NCBI RefSeq assembly: GCF_009914755.1
Contig: NC_060928.1
DNA from: the human T2T-CHM13v2.0 reference genome, Homo sapiens
Direction: 5' to 3' (one strand)
Length of the DNA: 64,000 nt
This document shows, piece by piece, positions 1 through 15,567 of the stretch (position 1 is the first letter of the stretch; each line of letters opens with the position of its first letter). The notes under the pieces were generated by a model. It saw only the letters and a program-made list of their open reading frames with translations. It was not told where the DNA came from and made no database searches. The position numbers were made by a program, and so were the translations under genes.

Positions 1-370
1 TCACTGGTTAGCTGTATTCCTAGGTATTTGATTCTTTTTGCAGCAATTGTGAATGAGATTGCATTCCTGATTTGGCTCTCCGCTTGACTCTTGTTGGTGT
101 ATGGGAATGCTAGTAATTTTTGTATGTTCTTTTTGTATCCTGAGACTCTGCCAAAGGTGTTTTTCATCTTAAGGAGCTTTCGGGCCTTAAGCTTTTGGGC
201 CTATAAAGTTTTCTACATAAAGGATCATGTAATCTACAGATAGGGATAGTTTGACGTCCTTTCTTCCTATTTGGGTACCCTTTATTTCTTTCTCTTGCCT
301 AACTGTTTTGGCAAGGACTTCCAATACTATGTTGAACAGGAGTGGTGAGAGAGGGCATCCTTGTCTTGTG
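1..370 (-). mobile_element. LINE-1 (L1PA/L1PB-type) ORF2 reverse-transcriptase fragment, runs off window start
   Basis: Minus-strand ORF 187..375 reads [32 protein letters not shown], the L1 ORF2 RT motif; antisense L1 sequence throughout. Confidence 0.93.
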
Positions 371-822
371 CACAAAATACACTAAAATAAAATTGCTTAA
401 AACTAGTGACAAAGAAAAATTCTCAAAGCAGCCAATGACAAAAACACGGTTTGCACAGAGGAACAAAAAATGTCAGCAAACATTTTATTGGAAACAAAGA
501 AAATTAGAAGATGATGAAGCAACATCTTTAAAGTATTGGAAGATAAACATTGTCAGCTGGAAATTGTAGACTCAGAGAAACTATCTTTCAAGATGTAGGT
601 GAAATAAAGATTTTGTTCAGGCACTTAGAACCTGAAAGAAATCATCACCAGTAAAACAACACTATAAAAAATGTTAAAGAAAATGTTTCAGGCAGAAGTA
701 AAATAATATCAAAAGGAAATTTGGATCTACATAGAAGAATGAAAAGCACTGGAAATGGTATCAACATGGTTAAATATATAAGATCCTTTTATTTCTGTTT
801 GAATTCAATTGATTGTTTAAAC

Positions 823-1005
823 AAGGGGTCAGCAAGCTATAGCTTCATGGGTGGACTGCCTGTTTATGTGAACGAATTTTTACTGACACACATTCATGCT
901 CATTTGTTTATGTATTATCAATGGGTGCTATAGAATTACAAAAGCGGAATTAAGTAGTTGTAACAGAGCCTAATGGCACACAAGCCTAAAATATTTAGCT
1001 TTTAA
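823..1005 (+). mobile_element. MER58A-like hAT-Charlie DNA transposon
   Basis: Starts 'aaggggtcagcaagcta', contains 'gagcc..atggcacacaagcctaaaatattt', matching recalled MER58A. Confidence 0.75.
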
Positions 1006-1014
1006 GAAAAGCAT

Positions 1015-1384
<370 letters not shown>

Positions 1385-1674
1385 TTACAACCTATATAAA
1401 AATAAATTACATGACAATAACAGAACAACAGTTAGGATAAAATAATGAAAATGTTACTTCATGATACTGTATGTAAAGTAGTATATTATAATTTGAAGGT
1501 AGAATGTGATGAGTTAAAGATGTATACTACAAACTCAAAAACAACCATTAAAATTAACAATATAGAGAGTTTTAATTCTCAAGTAAAAAAGGAGATAAGA
1601 TGAAACCATAAAATGTATTTAATTCATAGAAAAGAAGGCAAACAAGAGGGAAAATAAGCAAAACACAGATGGGA

Positions 1675-2204
1675 TGGTAGGGGAAGCAAAATTTTATTAC
1701 CATCTTCTTAGTTTTTTTTTTCCCCCTCTGCTAAGCCTGAGAATTAAATTGATATAAGACAGATCAACAGGAAAATGCATACAAATTTATTTAATACATG
1801 TATTATGTGGCATGAGAGATTCTTTAAGGAAGGCTCAATGACATAATCACTTATGTTCTGAAGTAGACACAGAGTAGTAAATTGTGAAATATGACAAGAC
1901 AAAGGAGCTGGAACTAGTGTAGTTAATTGGGTGAAGAGTTGATTAACAGGATAAGGGTTGGTTTAACAAGGTCTGTTTGTACAGGTTTCCCTTGCCTCAA
2001 CTTCTCATCCTGGGTGATGAGACTGTTACTTTCCTTCTTGTATAAAGAGGGCAACTTTCATGTAGAAATTTTACCTCCTGCTTTTAAGAAAAAGGAAAAT
2101 CAGAGTGCTTTTCTTGCATCTGCTGTTTTTCAAGTGTCTTTAACTCAAAAAAATCAATATGCCAAAGTGGCATGTTTGGGGTTATCTGGTTCTGAATTCC
2201 TTCA
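1675..2204 (-). mobile_element. ERV1 solo LTR, MER34-like
   Basis: Minus strand begins 'tgaaggaattcagaaccagataaccccaaacatgccactttggcatattgatt', TG...CA termini, near 4-bp TSD ggga/ggaa. Confidence 0.65.
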
Positions 2205-2251
2205 GGAAAGATAGAAAGCAAAAGCAAAATAATAGGTTTAAAACTAAAAAT

Positions 2252-2577
2252 AGCCCAGTGCGGTGGCTCACGCCTATAATCCCAACACTTTGGGAGACTG
2301 AGGTGGGCGGATCATAAGGTCAGGAGTTCAAGACCAGCCTGGCCAACATAGTCAAAGCCTATCTCTACTAAAAATACAAAAAATTAGCCAGGCATGGTGG
2401 CGGGCACCTGTAATGCCAGCTACTCAGAAGGCTGAGGCAGGAGAATGGCTTGAACCCAGGAGGCAGAGGTTGCAGTGAGCCAAGATCATCGCATTGCACT
2501 CCAGTGTGGGCAACAGAGTGAGACTCTGTCTCAAAAAAAAAAAAAAAAAAGAAAGAAAAAGAAAAAAGAAAAAAAAA
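2252..2577 (+). mobile_element. AluS (AluSg-like) SINE
   Basis: Full dimer, 'ggatcataaggtcaggagttcaagaccagcc', long A-rich tail. Confidence 0.95.
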
Positions 2578-2579
2578 TG

Positions 2580-2586
<7 letters not shown>

Positions 2587-2616
<30 letters not shown>
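2587..2616. repeat. (TA)n microsatellite
   Basis: Perfect TA run after the Alu tail. Confidence 0.95.
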
Positions 2617-2620
<4 letters not shown>

Positions 2621-4152
2621 GCATAACCACATTACATATAAATGGTCTAAATATACCAATTTAAAAGCAGATTGGATCAATAAAACAAGATCTAAGTTAT
2701 TACTGTCTAGAAGAAATTCAAGAATATCCTAATAAAGGATATCTATGTAAAAACAATAGCTGGCATCATACTTAATGAAGAAAAATCAGTTTATTTCCCC
2801 CTATTTCAGGAACAAGATGAGTCCGTTAACTCCTAGCACTTTGTTTTAACATTCCACTAGACGTTCTACCAAGTACAATAGACAAAAAACATAAACAAAA
2901 GAATTCCAGACGGGAAAGGAAAACGTAAATTGGTTTTATTTATAGACGGCATGTCTATGTAGAAAGTCCACTGAAATCTACAAAAACACTGCTGGCTATA
3001 ATAAGTGAGTTAGCAACATAAAAAAGAAAAAAAGCAACATATTAAACTAATACTTCCATATACCGGCAATGAACAATAAAAAATTAAAATAAAAGTACTA
3101 TTAATAATATCATGAAAAATGTAGAAGAATTAGGAATTAATCTATCAAATGATGTGAGAGTCTGGTACACTAAAACTCAAAACACTGCAGAAAGTTAAAG
3201 AAGACTTAAATAAATGGAGAGATATAATATGAATATGGGTTAGAAAATTCACATGGTAAAATGTGATTATGCCTAAATATAGATTCAATACAATCCCAAT
3301 TAAAATATTATTAGGCATTGTTTTATAGGAATTTACACACTAATTTTAAAACTTCAGTAGAAATGCAAAGAGTCTAAAATAGCCAAAATAATTCTTAAAA
3401 ATAAGAATATTTTTGAAGGATTAGCACAATCTAATGCCAAAGCTTATAAGGCTACAGTAATGAAAATAGTGTGATATTGGCATAAAGATAGACAGAAATG
3501 TCATTGGAAGATAATAGAAAATTCAGAAATATATGTACAGAATTTTGGTAAATTGGTGTTCTCCAAAGATACAAACGTAATTCAGTAAATAAAAGATAGC
3601 CCTTCAACAAATTCTGCTGGAACAGTTAGATACTCATATGCAAAAAGTAGAACTTTGACACGTAACTCATGATACAAAGATGAATTTAGTACAGATCATA
3701 TGCCTAAACGTAAAATGTAAAAACAAAGTGAAAAAAAAAGGAAGAAAAATTACGTATAGGAGAAAATATAGAAAAGTCTTTGACCTCAGGCTAATAAATA
3801 CTACTTAGACATGACACAAACACCATGTTTCATCAAAGTAGAAATTGACAACTCGAGTTCATCAAAATGTAAAACATATGTTCCTCAGAAAACACTGTAA
3901 AACAAATAGAAATATAAGACACTACTGAGAACAATATTTGCAAAATATATGTCTGGCAAAAAAGTTGTGTCCAGAAAATATAAGAACTCTCAAAACTTGA
4001 TAATAAATCTAGCAACTCTAATAAAAGTAGGCAAACGACTTAAATGAATACTTCTTCTCTAAAGAACATACGTAGATAGAAAGTAAACACATGGAAAGAT
4101 CCTCAATATCATTAGTCATTAGGGAATTAATCTGTGTCTGTCAAAAATGGTT

Positions 4153-4842
<690 letters not shown>

Positions 4843-5271
4843 TTAGTACAATGACTCTGGAAAAAGGCTTGTCAGTTTTTAAAATATTTTGACGTATGCA
4901 CCTATCATATGACTGCCAATCAATTTGTAGGGAAATGAAAGTATATGTACATAAAAAACTTGTACCAAAACATTCACAGCACTTTTTTATGGGAGACAGG
5001 GGCTAATAGTGAAGAGCATGTAACAATCAAATTTTCATTAACAGATAAATGAATAAGCAAGCTTTGATATATCCATATTTTGAAATACTATAAGCAATAA
5101 AAGAAATGAAACTTTCATCCATACTATAAAATAGATTAATCTCAATAAATATGCTAATTAATAGAAGACAGATCAAAAGAGAACAAATGGTATGATATCA
5201 TTTATATAAAAAGAGGCATTAGAGCCTAGTAGTTAAGAGTGCAGCTTCTGGAAGCAAAATCCTTAGTATGA

Positions 5272-5603
<332 letters not shown>

Positions 5604-6597
5604 AGGTTTTTACAGAAACAATATTCCTTAGTTTACTCATCTATATAATGACTATATCAATAGTCATCTACTTTATAAAATATAGTATTTTATAATGTAA
5701 TACTTTATAATATATGTTTGATATTATATATTTTAAAATGTCTTTATTATATTTTATAAAGTATAAATAATATAATATCTATAGTTGTTGACTTATAAAA
5801 ATAAAGACTAAATGAACAAAAATACATGAAGCACTAGTTTACTACCTAGAAAATGGTACATTCTAAATATTTTCATGATTGTAATACATAAATGTATCCT
5901 TATAATATGTTATTTTATTAATAATAAACAAAAATTTATTTTTAGAATGAATATTATGATTATTTTTATTTTTAGAATAAATAATAATGAATAATAATAT
6001 TATTATTCATTCTTATACACCTTTGAAAAGTCATAGGGTAAGATGATTGAAATTCTGTGTATAGCATCTCACCAGATGAGATCTATAAGAAAGAACCATT
6101 GCACCCCCATTTACTTAAATCAGTTATAGTTTAAGTTGTTTGAAAAAAGTCATCTATTGGAATCACCATATGACATCAATCAAGAGCAAAGTGTGTAGAA
6201 TACTGTCAAGTTTTTCTCCAAGAATTTATTTCTGTTTTCAATTTGCAACTCACTGAAGCATTGAACATTTTATGAGCTCTACAACTAACAATGCCTGGGA
6301 ATTTAAATATTTTCCATGGAATATGATTACTTCAAATGAAAAAAAAGGAGCAGATATGATAATGAATAATTTACCATGCGTATATGGTACAAAGTAGAAT
6401 CTTTAAAAATAAAGACACAAACAGCAACAACCACAAAAACCTCAATTGTTTCTGCTTTTGTTCTATTTTTAGTGAACTTAAAATTTTAAGAGAAACTCTT
6501 TCTCCTTGTTTTTAACACCTGTAGAGAGAGGTGTGGAATATTGTAAAGCTTTTTATCTGACTCGGCCTGAGTCTCAGTAGATGAAGACACATCGAGT

Positions 6598-7413
<816 letters not shown>

Positions 7414-7529
7414 AATGAAGCATGGAGAGAGAGAGAGAGAGGATAAAAGGTGAAAATCATGTGCCAAAACTAAAGAAAAGAGATGCTGACATTTGTGATT
7501 AAATAGAATAATTGCACTATTTAAGATTA

Positions 7530-7636
7530 ATCACTTGAGCCTGGGAGGTGGAGGCTGTAGTGAGTCATCATGGTGCCACTGCATTCCAGCCTGCATGACA
7601 GAGAGAGAGTCTGTCTTAGGAAAAAAAAAAAAAAAA
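7530..7636 (+). mobile_element. 5'-truncated AluJ/FRAM right monomer
   Basis: 'tcacttgagcctgggaggtggaggctgtagtgag', poly-A, TSD aagattaa. Confidence 0.88.
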
Positions 7637-7787
7637 GATTAAAGTGGTCCAGAATGCACCCAAGGATAAAATGCAAAGATTATCTTGCCCCATGTATATT
7701 TTAGCATACTACTTAGGTACTATTTATTTTTTAATTATCTCCTTTTTACATTTTGACAATTTTACCCCAGTGGTCAAGCCTTGTATT

Positions 7788-7932
7788 AGAAAAGACAGAA
7801 AGAAGGAAAAGAAAGAAGGCAGGAAGGAAGGCAAGGGGAAAGAAGGGGAAGGAAAGGAAGTGGAAGGGAAGGGGAAGGGAAGGGGAAGAGAAGGGGAAGA
7901 GAAGGGGAGGGGAAGGGGACGGGAGGGGAAAC
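7788..7932 (+). repeat. GA-rich polypurine low-complexity tract
   Basis: ~140 bp almost entirely G/A in (GGAA/GGGAA)n units. Confidence 0.92.
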
Positions 7933-8144
7933 ATGTTGCTTTGGACAGAATAAATGGGTAAGGGTTTCTATTTTAATTAGATTAAGATTAATTGGATTAA
8001 AACTCTGAGGAAGTCTTACTTGAGCTGAGAAATTAAATATGAGAGGGAGGAGTACCACTGCATTGGTTATAGATGGGGTAGAAGTCTACAAAAGAGTTCA
8101 TTGAGGAATAGAGTAGTAAATAAGTGACTGAATAATGAGTTTGT

Positions 8145-8465
8145 GGCCGGGCGCAGTGGCTCAAGCCTGTAATCCCAGCACTTTGGGAGGCCGAGGCGGG
8201 CGGATCACGAGGTCAGGAGATCAAGACCATCGTGGCTAACACGGTGAAACCCCGTCTCTACTAAACAAAATACAAAAAATTAGCCGGGCATGGTGGCGGG
8301 AGCCTGCAGTCCCAGCTAGTCGGGAGGCTGAGGCAGGAGAATGGAGTGAACCCGGGAGGCGGAGGTTGAGTGAGCCAAGATCGCGCCACTACACTCCAGC
8401 CTGGGCGATAGAGCGAGACTCTGTCTCCAAAAAAAAAAAACAAATAAATAATAATAATAATAATA
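8145..8465 (+). mobile_element. AluY SINE with (AAT)n tail
   Basis: 'accatcgtggctaacacggtgaaacc', 'gaatggagtgaacccgg'; TSD-like aataat(g)agtttgt. Confidence 0.95.
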
Positions 8466-11400
8466 GTTTGTATTGTTCTTATTTTGCAAAAGTATGCAAT
8501 ATCTGGGTAGAGAAAGGGCAAGAGGGAGGACTTCCCATATTGAATCAATAATATTAACAGTATCAATCTACCACTAATAATTATTTAAGAAAAGTATTTT
8601 TCTGCTTTCAGTTTTATTTATTAAATAGTTTCTACTAGCCTAATGTTAAAGTCTGCCAACTAGTTCCTTCAAGTTAATCACATTCACTTTTGATTCCCTC
8701 TTAACACATTAAGATATTTTATCACTCTGGGAGTTTAAAATCTGATGCAAATTCATTGTGGTCAGGCAAGATGCAAGACCAGTCAGGCAAATACACTTCC
8801 CTTATTTTTTATGGGTCTGAAATATCTTTTGTCTTGGGAGATGTATTATTATACAAAAGATCTATTTGGCAATTTATAGTTTGCTTTTTATCTATTCAAT
8901 TGTTCCCTGGTATTCTTAGAACAGAAAAGCGAACCTTTTAAGAATAATAACATGCCAATTACCTTTAATTACTCTCTAGCTCTTTCAGTTAAACAAAAAA
9001 AATCTCTCATTTTAGGTTTAGTTTGTGACTGAATAGAACATTTTATATCTAAACCCTTAATGGAAAGGCTTTCCTATTTCCCACAATTTTCTTTTCCATT
9101 TAATGTATTCTCTAAATTTAACACTTTATTTAAAATGCCATCCATATACCTGATCAACTTGAAAAGATGGAGAAACACAAAAGTAAAGCTTATTATCTGT
9201 TCACATTTTATTCTATGTTTCCATTTTCATAATCAAATAAATGTAGACTGTAAAATACTTATTTACAAATCTGTCTGATTTGTATAATAAACTCTGAGGA
9301 AACTGGAATGAAGTAGTGCTACAAGCAAGGGACAGAATAAAGTTTTGTGTATTAATTACCTGGTTTATACTTTAGTCCCTTTAAGTAAAAGAAGGTAACA
9401 AATAGAAGGATAGTTATTAATATATTTGGAGGAGAAAGAAGGATAAAATGAAAGATACAATGTTCTTAAAAACCGAGAGTTTTATCTTTTTTCAGAAGTT
9501 TAAAAAATATTTAAACATTTTCCTTTATGTTAGCTCATATTTATGTTATACATTTCATTTACAAGTAATTGTATGGTAAATAGTTATGAAAACAGCAAGG
9601 AAAAGCTTTGAGTTAAGGAGCTCATGATTTTCAGTGTAAAATACATGTTATTTGAGTAATTTGGGAAACTGACAGAAGCTTTCTTGCAGTCAAGAATGCT
9701 GCTCAAAAATTAATTTTAAAATAAAAATAAAAGAAAAAAATCCTAAAAGCTTATGTAGCAAAACAAGTATTGTAGTCCATTACAAAAATTAGCCTTTTCT
9801 GAAATCATTTTAAAAAGCAAAAAGATCTTAGAGCAGAATTTCATGTACAGTTCATTTTGGGATTGATCTTACTTCCTTGATAGGTGGTCTTACTTCATCC
9901 TGTTGGAGCCCATCATGGAGAGCTGTTTTACAAATATTCTTAGCTCTACTACTCACATAAAAATTCAACTTATGACTCCTGTTTCTGATAAAGTAGCTAT
10001 TTAAATTCATTAAGAATGTTTCATCATTTTAGTATGCAAAATGCATTGTTAGATTATGTAAGTGACACATGCTATCTTAAAAGTTAATAAATCTCCCAGA
10101 AGAAATTAGACTCAGATGCTATATTTATTATGGAGAATTAAGAAATACCTAAGGTTACTGTGATCATCACTTAGGAGTTTTGAATCAATTATATGAGAAA
10201 CTAAAGGAGAAACTTTGATTGGAAAAAAAATGAACAAACAAGAAAAAAATTATATAAAGTCATTTTATTGGACACACATGCTAAAAATTAGAAAACCATA
10301 CATTTTACTCTATCAATCTGTTAGGAAAAACTATAGAATATGATAGTGATTGCATTGATTCTGCTTAGCAAATTAAATGCACAACTAAGATATTCACAAA
10401 ATATAAAATATAGTTATTTTCTAAGAAATAAAATAAAACTCACACATACTGGTGGCAACTGCCATTTTTAGCAGAAACCAAAACTATTTCCTGTTAACAA
10501 GAAGGAAAAACCATCATTGAACACTCAAGTAATAATGAGGGGACTAGGATGGACTCTCAGTAAGAAACCACTGGAATACACCTAGACTAAATCTATTCTA
10601 ACAGAATTAAGTATACCAACCGAATAGTTTTGTGTGTGCATTTGTTTTTACTATATACTTTATAATCCCAAAAGTACCTAAAAGGAGGCAAAACAAGAAA
10701 GGATTTGTCTACAGAAAGTAAAAATAAGAATGATTATAAAATATTGTTAAAGAAAAGACACTGCACAGAATAGTCATGGAGATTTCTGTACTAATCACCT
10801 TGATCATAATGAATAATCACTGAATTTCACTGGCCTATTTTCCTCCACAAGATTCTATGTTAGGTAAGCAACTTTGGGTAATTCAATAATAGGAAAGACG
10901 TTTCTTTTATAACATATCTGATTTGTACAACTATTTGAAATACATTTTATGCTATAAAATAAAAATGGTAACTCTTATTTACACAGCTATTTATTGTGAA
11001 TTCGTATAAAGACAGCTCATCCTTAGAACATAATAGACTAGGATTCTTGGTAAAGTATACATTGTATATCTGAAAAATGTAATAGTGACAATATTAAAGT
11101 ATTGCCACCTAGTGCTGTGTTACCTAAAGAAATTGTCACTTTCTGTCACTCTTATCACTGACATTTAAATTTCAGATATAGGTGAATTAAATATTGAAGT
11201 GAATAGAGCTACCGACATTTGCTTTCCTAATATTCATGGAAGTTGTTGTTGACCTCTCATAGATAAATAAGCAAATAATATCTTCAAAAATATATCTAAC
11301 TTGACTCAAATACTTCTAAGTATTTTGTCATTTGAAGGGATATGAGCAAGTTGAGAAGAAGAAATGTGGAGAGAGAAATACTCATGAAAACTAAATTTAT

Positions 11401-11699
11401 AACATTCAACTATTGCTCAATTCTTAGAAATTTAATCACTACTTATATTTTAAAGCAAAATATTTTTGAACTTATTTAGAAAAATATGACTTCATCTCTC
11501 ATATGTCCATTCAAAGTTTTAAACAAAGTATAAAAGGAAATTAAACAGTGGAGGAAATGAGAAAGGTCATAGGCATTCAAGGGGTTTCAACAAATTTCTG
11601 GAGGAATGAAAGGTAATTGAAGGATGTGTTAAAATAATTTCTATTATTACCTTTATAGATTTAGTGTCCAGTAAACCTTTTATAAACAATCCAACTTGC

Positions 11700-14495
11700 T
11701 GTTTTGTGTTCTTGAACTTTATTTAAACTGAATTATATTGTACATATCCTTTTGTGACTTAATCATACCACTGTATATTATGTTTGTGAGAGTAAGCCAC
11801 ATTAACATACCTAAATAAAGTTATCTATTTTTTTCTAAAGTGTAGTATTCCACTGTATTAATCTACCACATTCTACTGTTGTTTAACTTTTGCATTGTTT
11901 ATAGTACTTAACTGAGCCTGTAAATATTTTGGATCACATTTCTTAATGGCCAATCACGTACATACAAAATAAGGAGTGAAAGTCAATTGTTGATTAGAAT
12001 ATATGGTCATCTTCAATATTACTGAGTAATACAAGCCTCTTTTTAAAATGGATATAATTTCCATTTCCAGGAAAGCATATGAAATTATTATTGCTCTATA
12101 TCTTTGCCAGAAGTCTTTCTTGTCAGACTTTTTTTGGTCAATCTGTTGTATAAGTAATAATGTACATATAAAACATTTTCATTTGCATTTTTGTGTTAAA
12201 AATAAGTTAAAGTGATTCTAAAATGTATGGTGGACACTTATATTATACATTTAATAAAGCACATGTACAAGCCATTTTGTTTGTTTAACTGTCGGGTTTT
12301 CTGTAATTTTTGCCTGGCTTTACATTTAAATATTGATCGCCAAGGAATTGACTGTTAGGTGTTATATAAGGTAAAGAATCACTTTAATTATTTTTCATAT
12401 GTATAACCAGTTTTCTCACTCTCATTTATTGGCAAATTTATTTTTCACCACTGATCTATAATACTAGCTTTCTTACATATCACAGGTTCTTATAAATATT
12501 TTCCTTACTGTAGTCTACCTATTTCATTTCATTGATTATTTATTACTTTGTTAATACCACATTGCATTAATTAAGTCTTATAATATTTCCTGTAATATAT
12601 TCTTTCTTCCTCAATAAATTATTAACTGAATTTTAATATTTTTAGAGTTTACATAAATTCTGGAATTAGCTTGTCAATATCTAAATCAAACCTTACTGGG
12701 TTTTACTTTGGATGCACTAGTTACAAAGATTAATTTTGGGGAGAAGTGATTTCATTAAGGTCTTTCGATTCAAGAATATATTTATGTCAATGTTATGTCT
12801 ATGTTTATTTGAACTTTATTTAAACTGAGTTATACTGTACATATTCTTTTGTGACTTAATCATACCACTAAATATTATGTTTGTGAGAGTAAGCCACATT
12901 GACACATCTAAATAAGGTTCTCTACTTATTGGAAATGCATTTCAATATTGCATAATACGTTTGTGTCAAAGCATCTTGCTAAAAGCTCATATTCATTAGT
13001 ATAATGTATCTTACAATCATTTTGAATTTTCTGTGTACTTAGTGTCATTGGTAACATAGTAATCTGTTTTCTCTTTCATAATTCTTATTTTTTTAATATT
13101 TACAATCCTATCCCAGTGTCTAAGACCTGCAAAAGGATAAATAAAATTGCTTGTACCATCTATGTTTATTTTGTTCCCAATCACAAAGGAAATATTTTAA
13201 CATTCCATTGTTAAGTGTTATAATTTCAATAGAACTTTTGAAAACAAATGTTATCAGTTAAACTAGATTCTCTTTTAATTTGGGATTGTTAAAATGTATG
13301 ACTTTTTAAGAAAATAAAATTAAATATGCTTATAATATTGTTAAGTTATTTGTTGTGGTGTATCATATTAATTGATACCTTTATATGAGGCCATTATTGC
13401 TTCCCAGGGTTTCTTAGAATAAACATTGGCTGTGATGTCTTACATTTTAATGCATTGCTTATTTCTGCATGGTAGTTTTTTAAGTTTTCCTTCATTATTT
13501 TCATAAATTACATTGGTGTTTAATTTCCTTTCCCTTTACTATCCTGGTCAGGTTATAATATCAGAGTCATAATAGCATAATAAAATGAAATAGAGTATGT
13601 TCTTTCCTGTTTCATGCTCAGAAAGAATTCTATGTAAGATTGGAATTATTGTTTTGTTTCATGTTTGATACAACTTGCCAGTAAAGTCATCATGGCTTGA
13701 AATTATCTTTATGAGATGATTTCTGACTACTGATTAAATGCATTTGTTGTAGCACAACTCAGATTTTTCTTTTCACTTTAGGTTACTTTTGGAAAAATGC
13801 ATGTTTCAAGTAATTGTACACATTTTACATATATTTCCAAATTTATTGAATTAAACGTTTTCATACTACACTAATTTACCTTCTTGATATTTGTATTTTT
13901 TATAACAAAACTCAATAAATTGTGGCCAATAAGCCAGACAGTACTTATAAATAAAGTATTAATACAACACTGTCATGCTCATTCATTGACATATTGTCAA
14001 TTTATGCCACAACAATAGAATTAATTAGTTACAACAAACCATATAGCCCAAAAACCTAAAATATTTAACAACTGATCCTTTCCAAACAACAAAAAAAATT
14101 ATTCACACAAGATGTATAATTATTTCCTATTTTGATTCCTGAAAATGCATACTTGTTTCTTCTCTTATTTTTATCAAGCCATTTCTCCACAGTTTTGTTA
14201 TTGTATGGCTCCTAAAACAACTAACAAACTTTTGGTCATATTTCTTGACTTTCCTTTCCCTGTATTCTTAATGACTATGCATGTATTTTTTATTTCCTTT
14301 TATTTCTGATGACATTTCTAAGTTCTTCAAATAAATTCAAAACATTTCAAATATTAATTTGCTGCCCTCATAAAATAAGAATTTAAGGTTCTAAATTTCC
14401 CTCTAAAATGAAACATTTTATACTGTAGTAAATATTTTTTAATTAAAAATATTTTATAATTTCCATTATGATTTGCTCTTGGGTGGTGAGTTACT
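11700..14495 (-). mobile_element. Ancient L1ME-type element (3'UTR and ORF2), part 1
   Basis: T-rich degenerate antisense L1 phrases: 'ggaattagcttgtcaa', 'tgtaagattggaattatt', 'ccagtaaagtcatc', 'ctaaatttccctctaa'. Confidence 0.7.
13910..14095 (+). mobile_element. MER58A-like DNA transposon nested in L1ME
   Basis: 'ataaataaagtatt..catgctcattcattgacatattgtc..gcccaaaaacctaaaatatttaac'. Confidence 0.7.
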
Positions 14496-14508
14496 AAGAA
14501 GTATATTT

Positions 14509-14975
14509 CTGAGGTTTTTCTTCAATATGAAGGACTATAGATATTGGACTCTAGTTATTCGAAGAAAGAGAAAGCAAAGTTATGGATAAATAATAGTTAA
14601 TTCCAATATGTATATTGAGGGGAGAGTGCTAGAGCCTCTCAGAGAACCACAAGAAGGAACTTGAACACAGAAAAATAAGGAAGTAAGAATCTAGCAGAGA
14701 TTATACTCTGAGGGACTTGGTGTAACATGGAAAAGAATACGTGGGGGTGTCTTTTGCTCCTCTCACCCCTACGGCAGACTGCCTGTTTCTGAACTGTTGG
14801 AGGGCCCTCCACTCTCACAAGCCCAAGTACTGGTGTGGACAGCAATCTTGGAACTACTTAAGGACAGAGAACCAGGCTACTATTTCCTGCAGTGCCACTT
14901 GCCCTTCACCAAGCCCGAAGATGAGGTGGTGGGCACAATAATGGATATGCCTCTGTGCTGGACTTCTATACTACC
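14509..14975 (+). mobile_element. Probable L1 5' end (L1MA/L1M-type 5'UTR)
   Basis: Abrupt compositional change after candidate TSD aagaagtatattt; start 'ttcaatatgaaggacta' resembles L1 'caagatggcngactag'; 'gagtgctagagcc..cagagaacc' resembles recalled L1M 5'UTR. Confidence 0.55.
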
Positions 14976-15429
14976 TTTGACGGACAGAGATACTTGCCCC
15001 ATCCCCTTGCCGGCTTCATTCTCCGTCCCTGGGTCGAGCTGTGGCAAGATTTCTCGATGAGGGCAGAGGGCGAGAGGCGTGAGAACCATCTACTTAAAGG
15101 TCTGCGGGCACCCTCCTGCGGCTGGACAATGAGCGCCTGGGAGGCCGTTGTCCTTGCTTGGGGAGCGGTCGTCTGGATCTAGCCTAGCAAAGAGGCTGCT
15201 CCGGATGGGGAGGGGATGAAAACCCCTGCGGCTGCGACGCAGACGCCCACTTTGCCCAGGCCTTCACAGAGCCCCAAACCGGAACCGCCGGGAAAACGAC
15301 TGCCAACCGGCCACACGACCCAGGCAGAGACGCGGGGAGAGGCTGACCAGAAGAAAGGCCGACGTGCAAGAAACCCACCCTCCGGCGCACAGGGCACACG
15401 TGTCCCAAGGCACACGAACACACAGACGG

Positions 15430-15530
15430 ACAGAGAGAGAAAGAGAGGGCGAAGGAAAGAGCGAGAAGGGAGAGAGAGAGAGAGACGTAAGAGAGAGACA
15501 GAAGTGGGCACACAGACACGCACGCGCGGA

Positions 15531-15565
<35 letters not shown>
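15430..15565 (+). repeat. (GA)n-rich tract followed by (CG/CA)n microsatellite inside unit 1
   Basis: 'gagagagagagagacg...cacgcacgcgcggacgcgcacacacaca...'; shorter interrupted equivalent at ~17912-18035. Confidence 0.92.

Positions 15566-15567
<2 letters not shown>

Noticed and set aside
187-375. ORF with a reverse-transcriptase motif
   Set aside because: A short decayed L1 ORF2 fragment, not a novel or intact RT gene.
10444-10490. Peptide EIVLVSAKNG from the candidate exon resembles a GTPase G5 'SAK' motif
   Set aside because: Three-residue coincidence with no G1-G4 motifs nearby.
9800-10900. Possible snoRNA or processed-pseudogene 3'UTR in the repeat-free stretch
   Set aside because: No convincing paired C/D or H/ACA boxes with terminal stem, and no poly-A plus TSD boundary identified.
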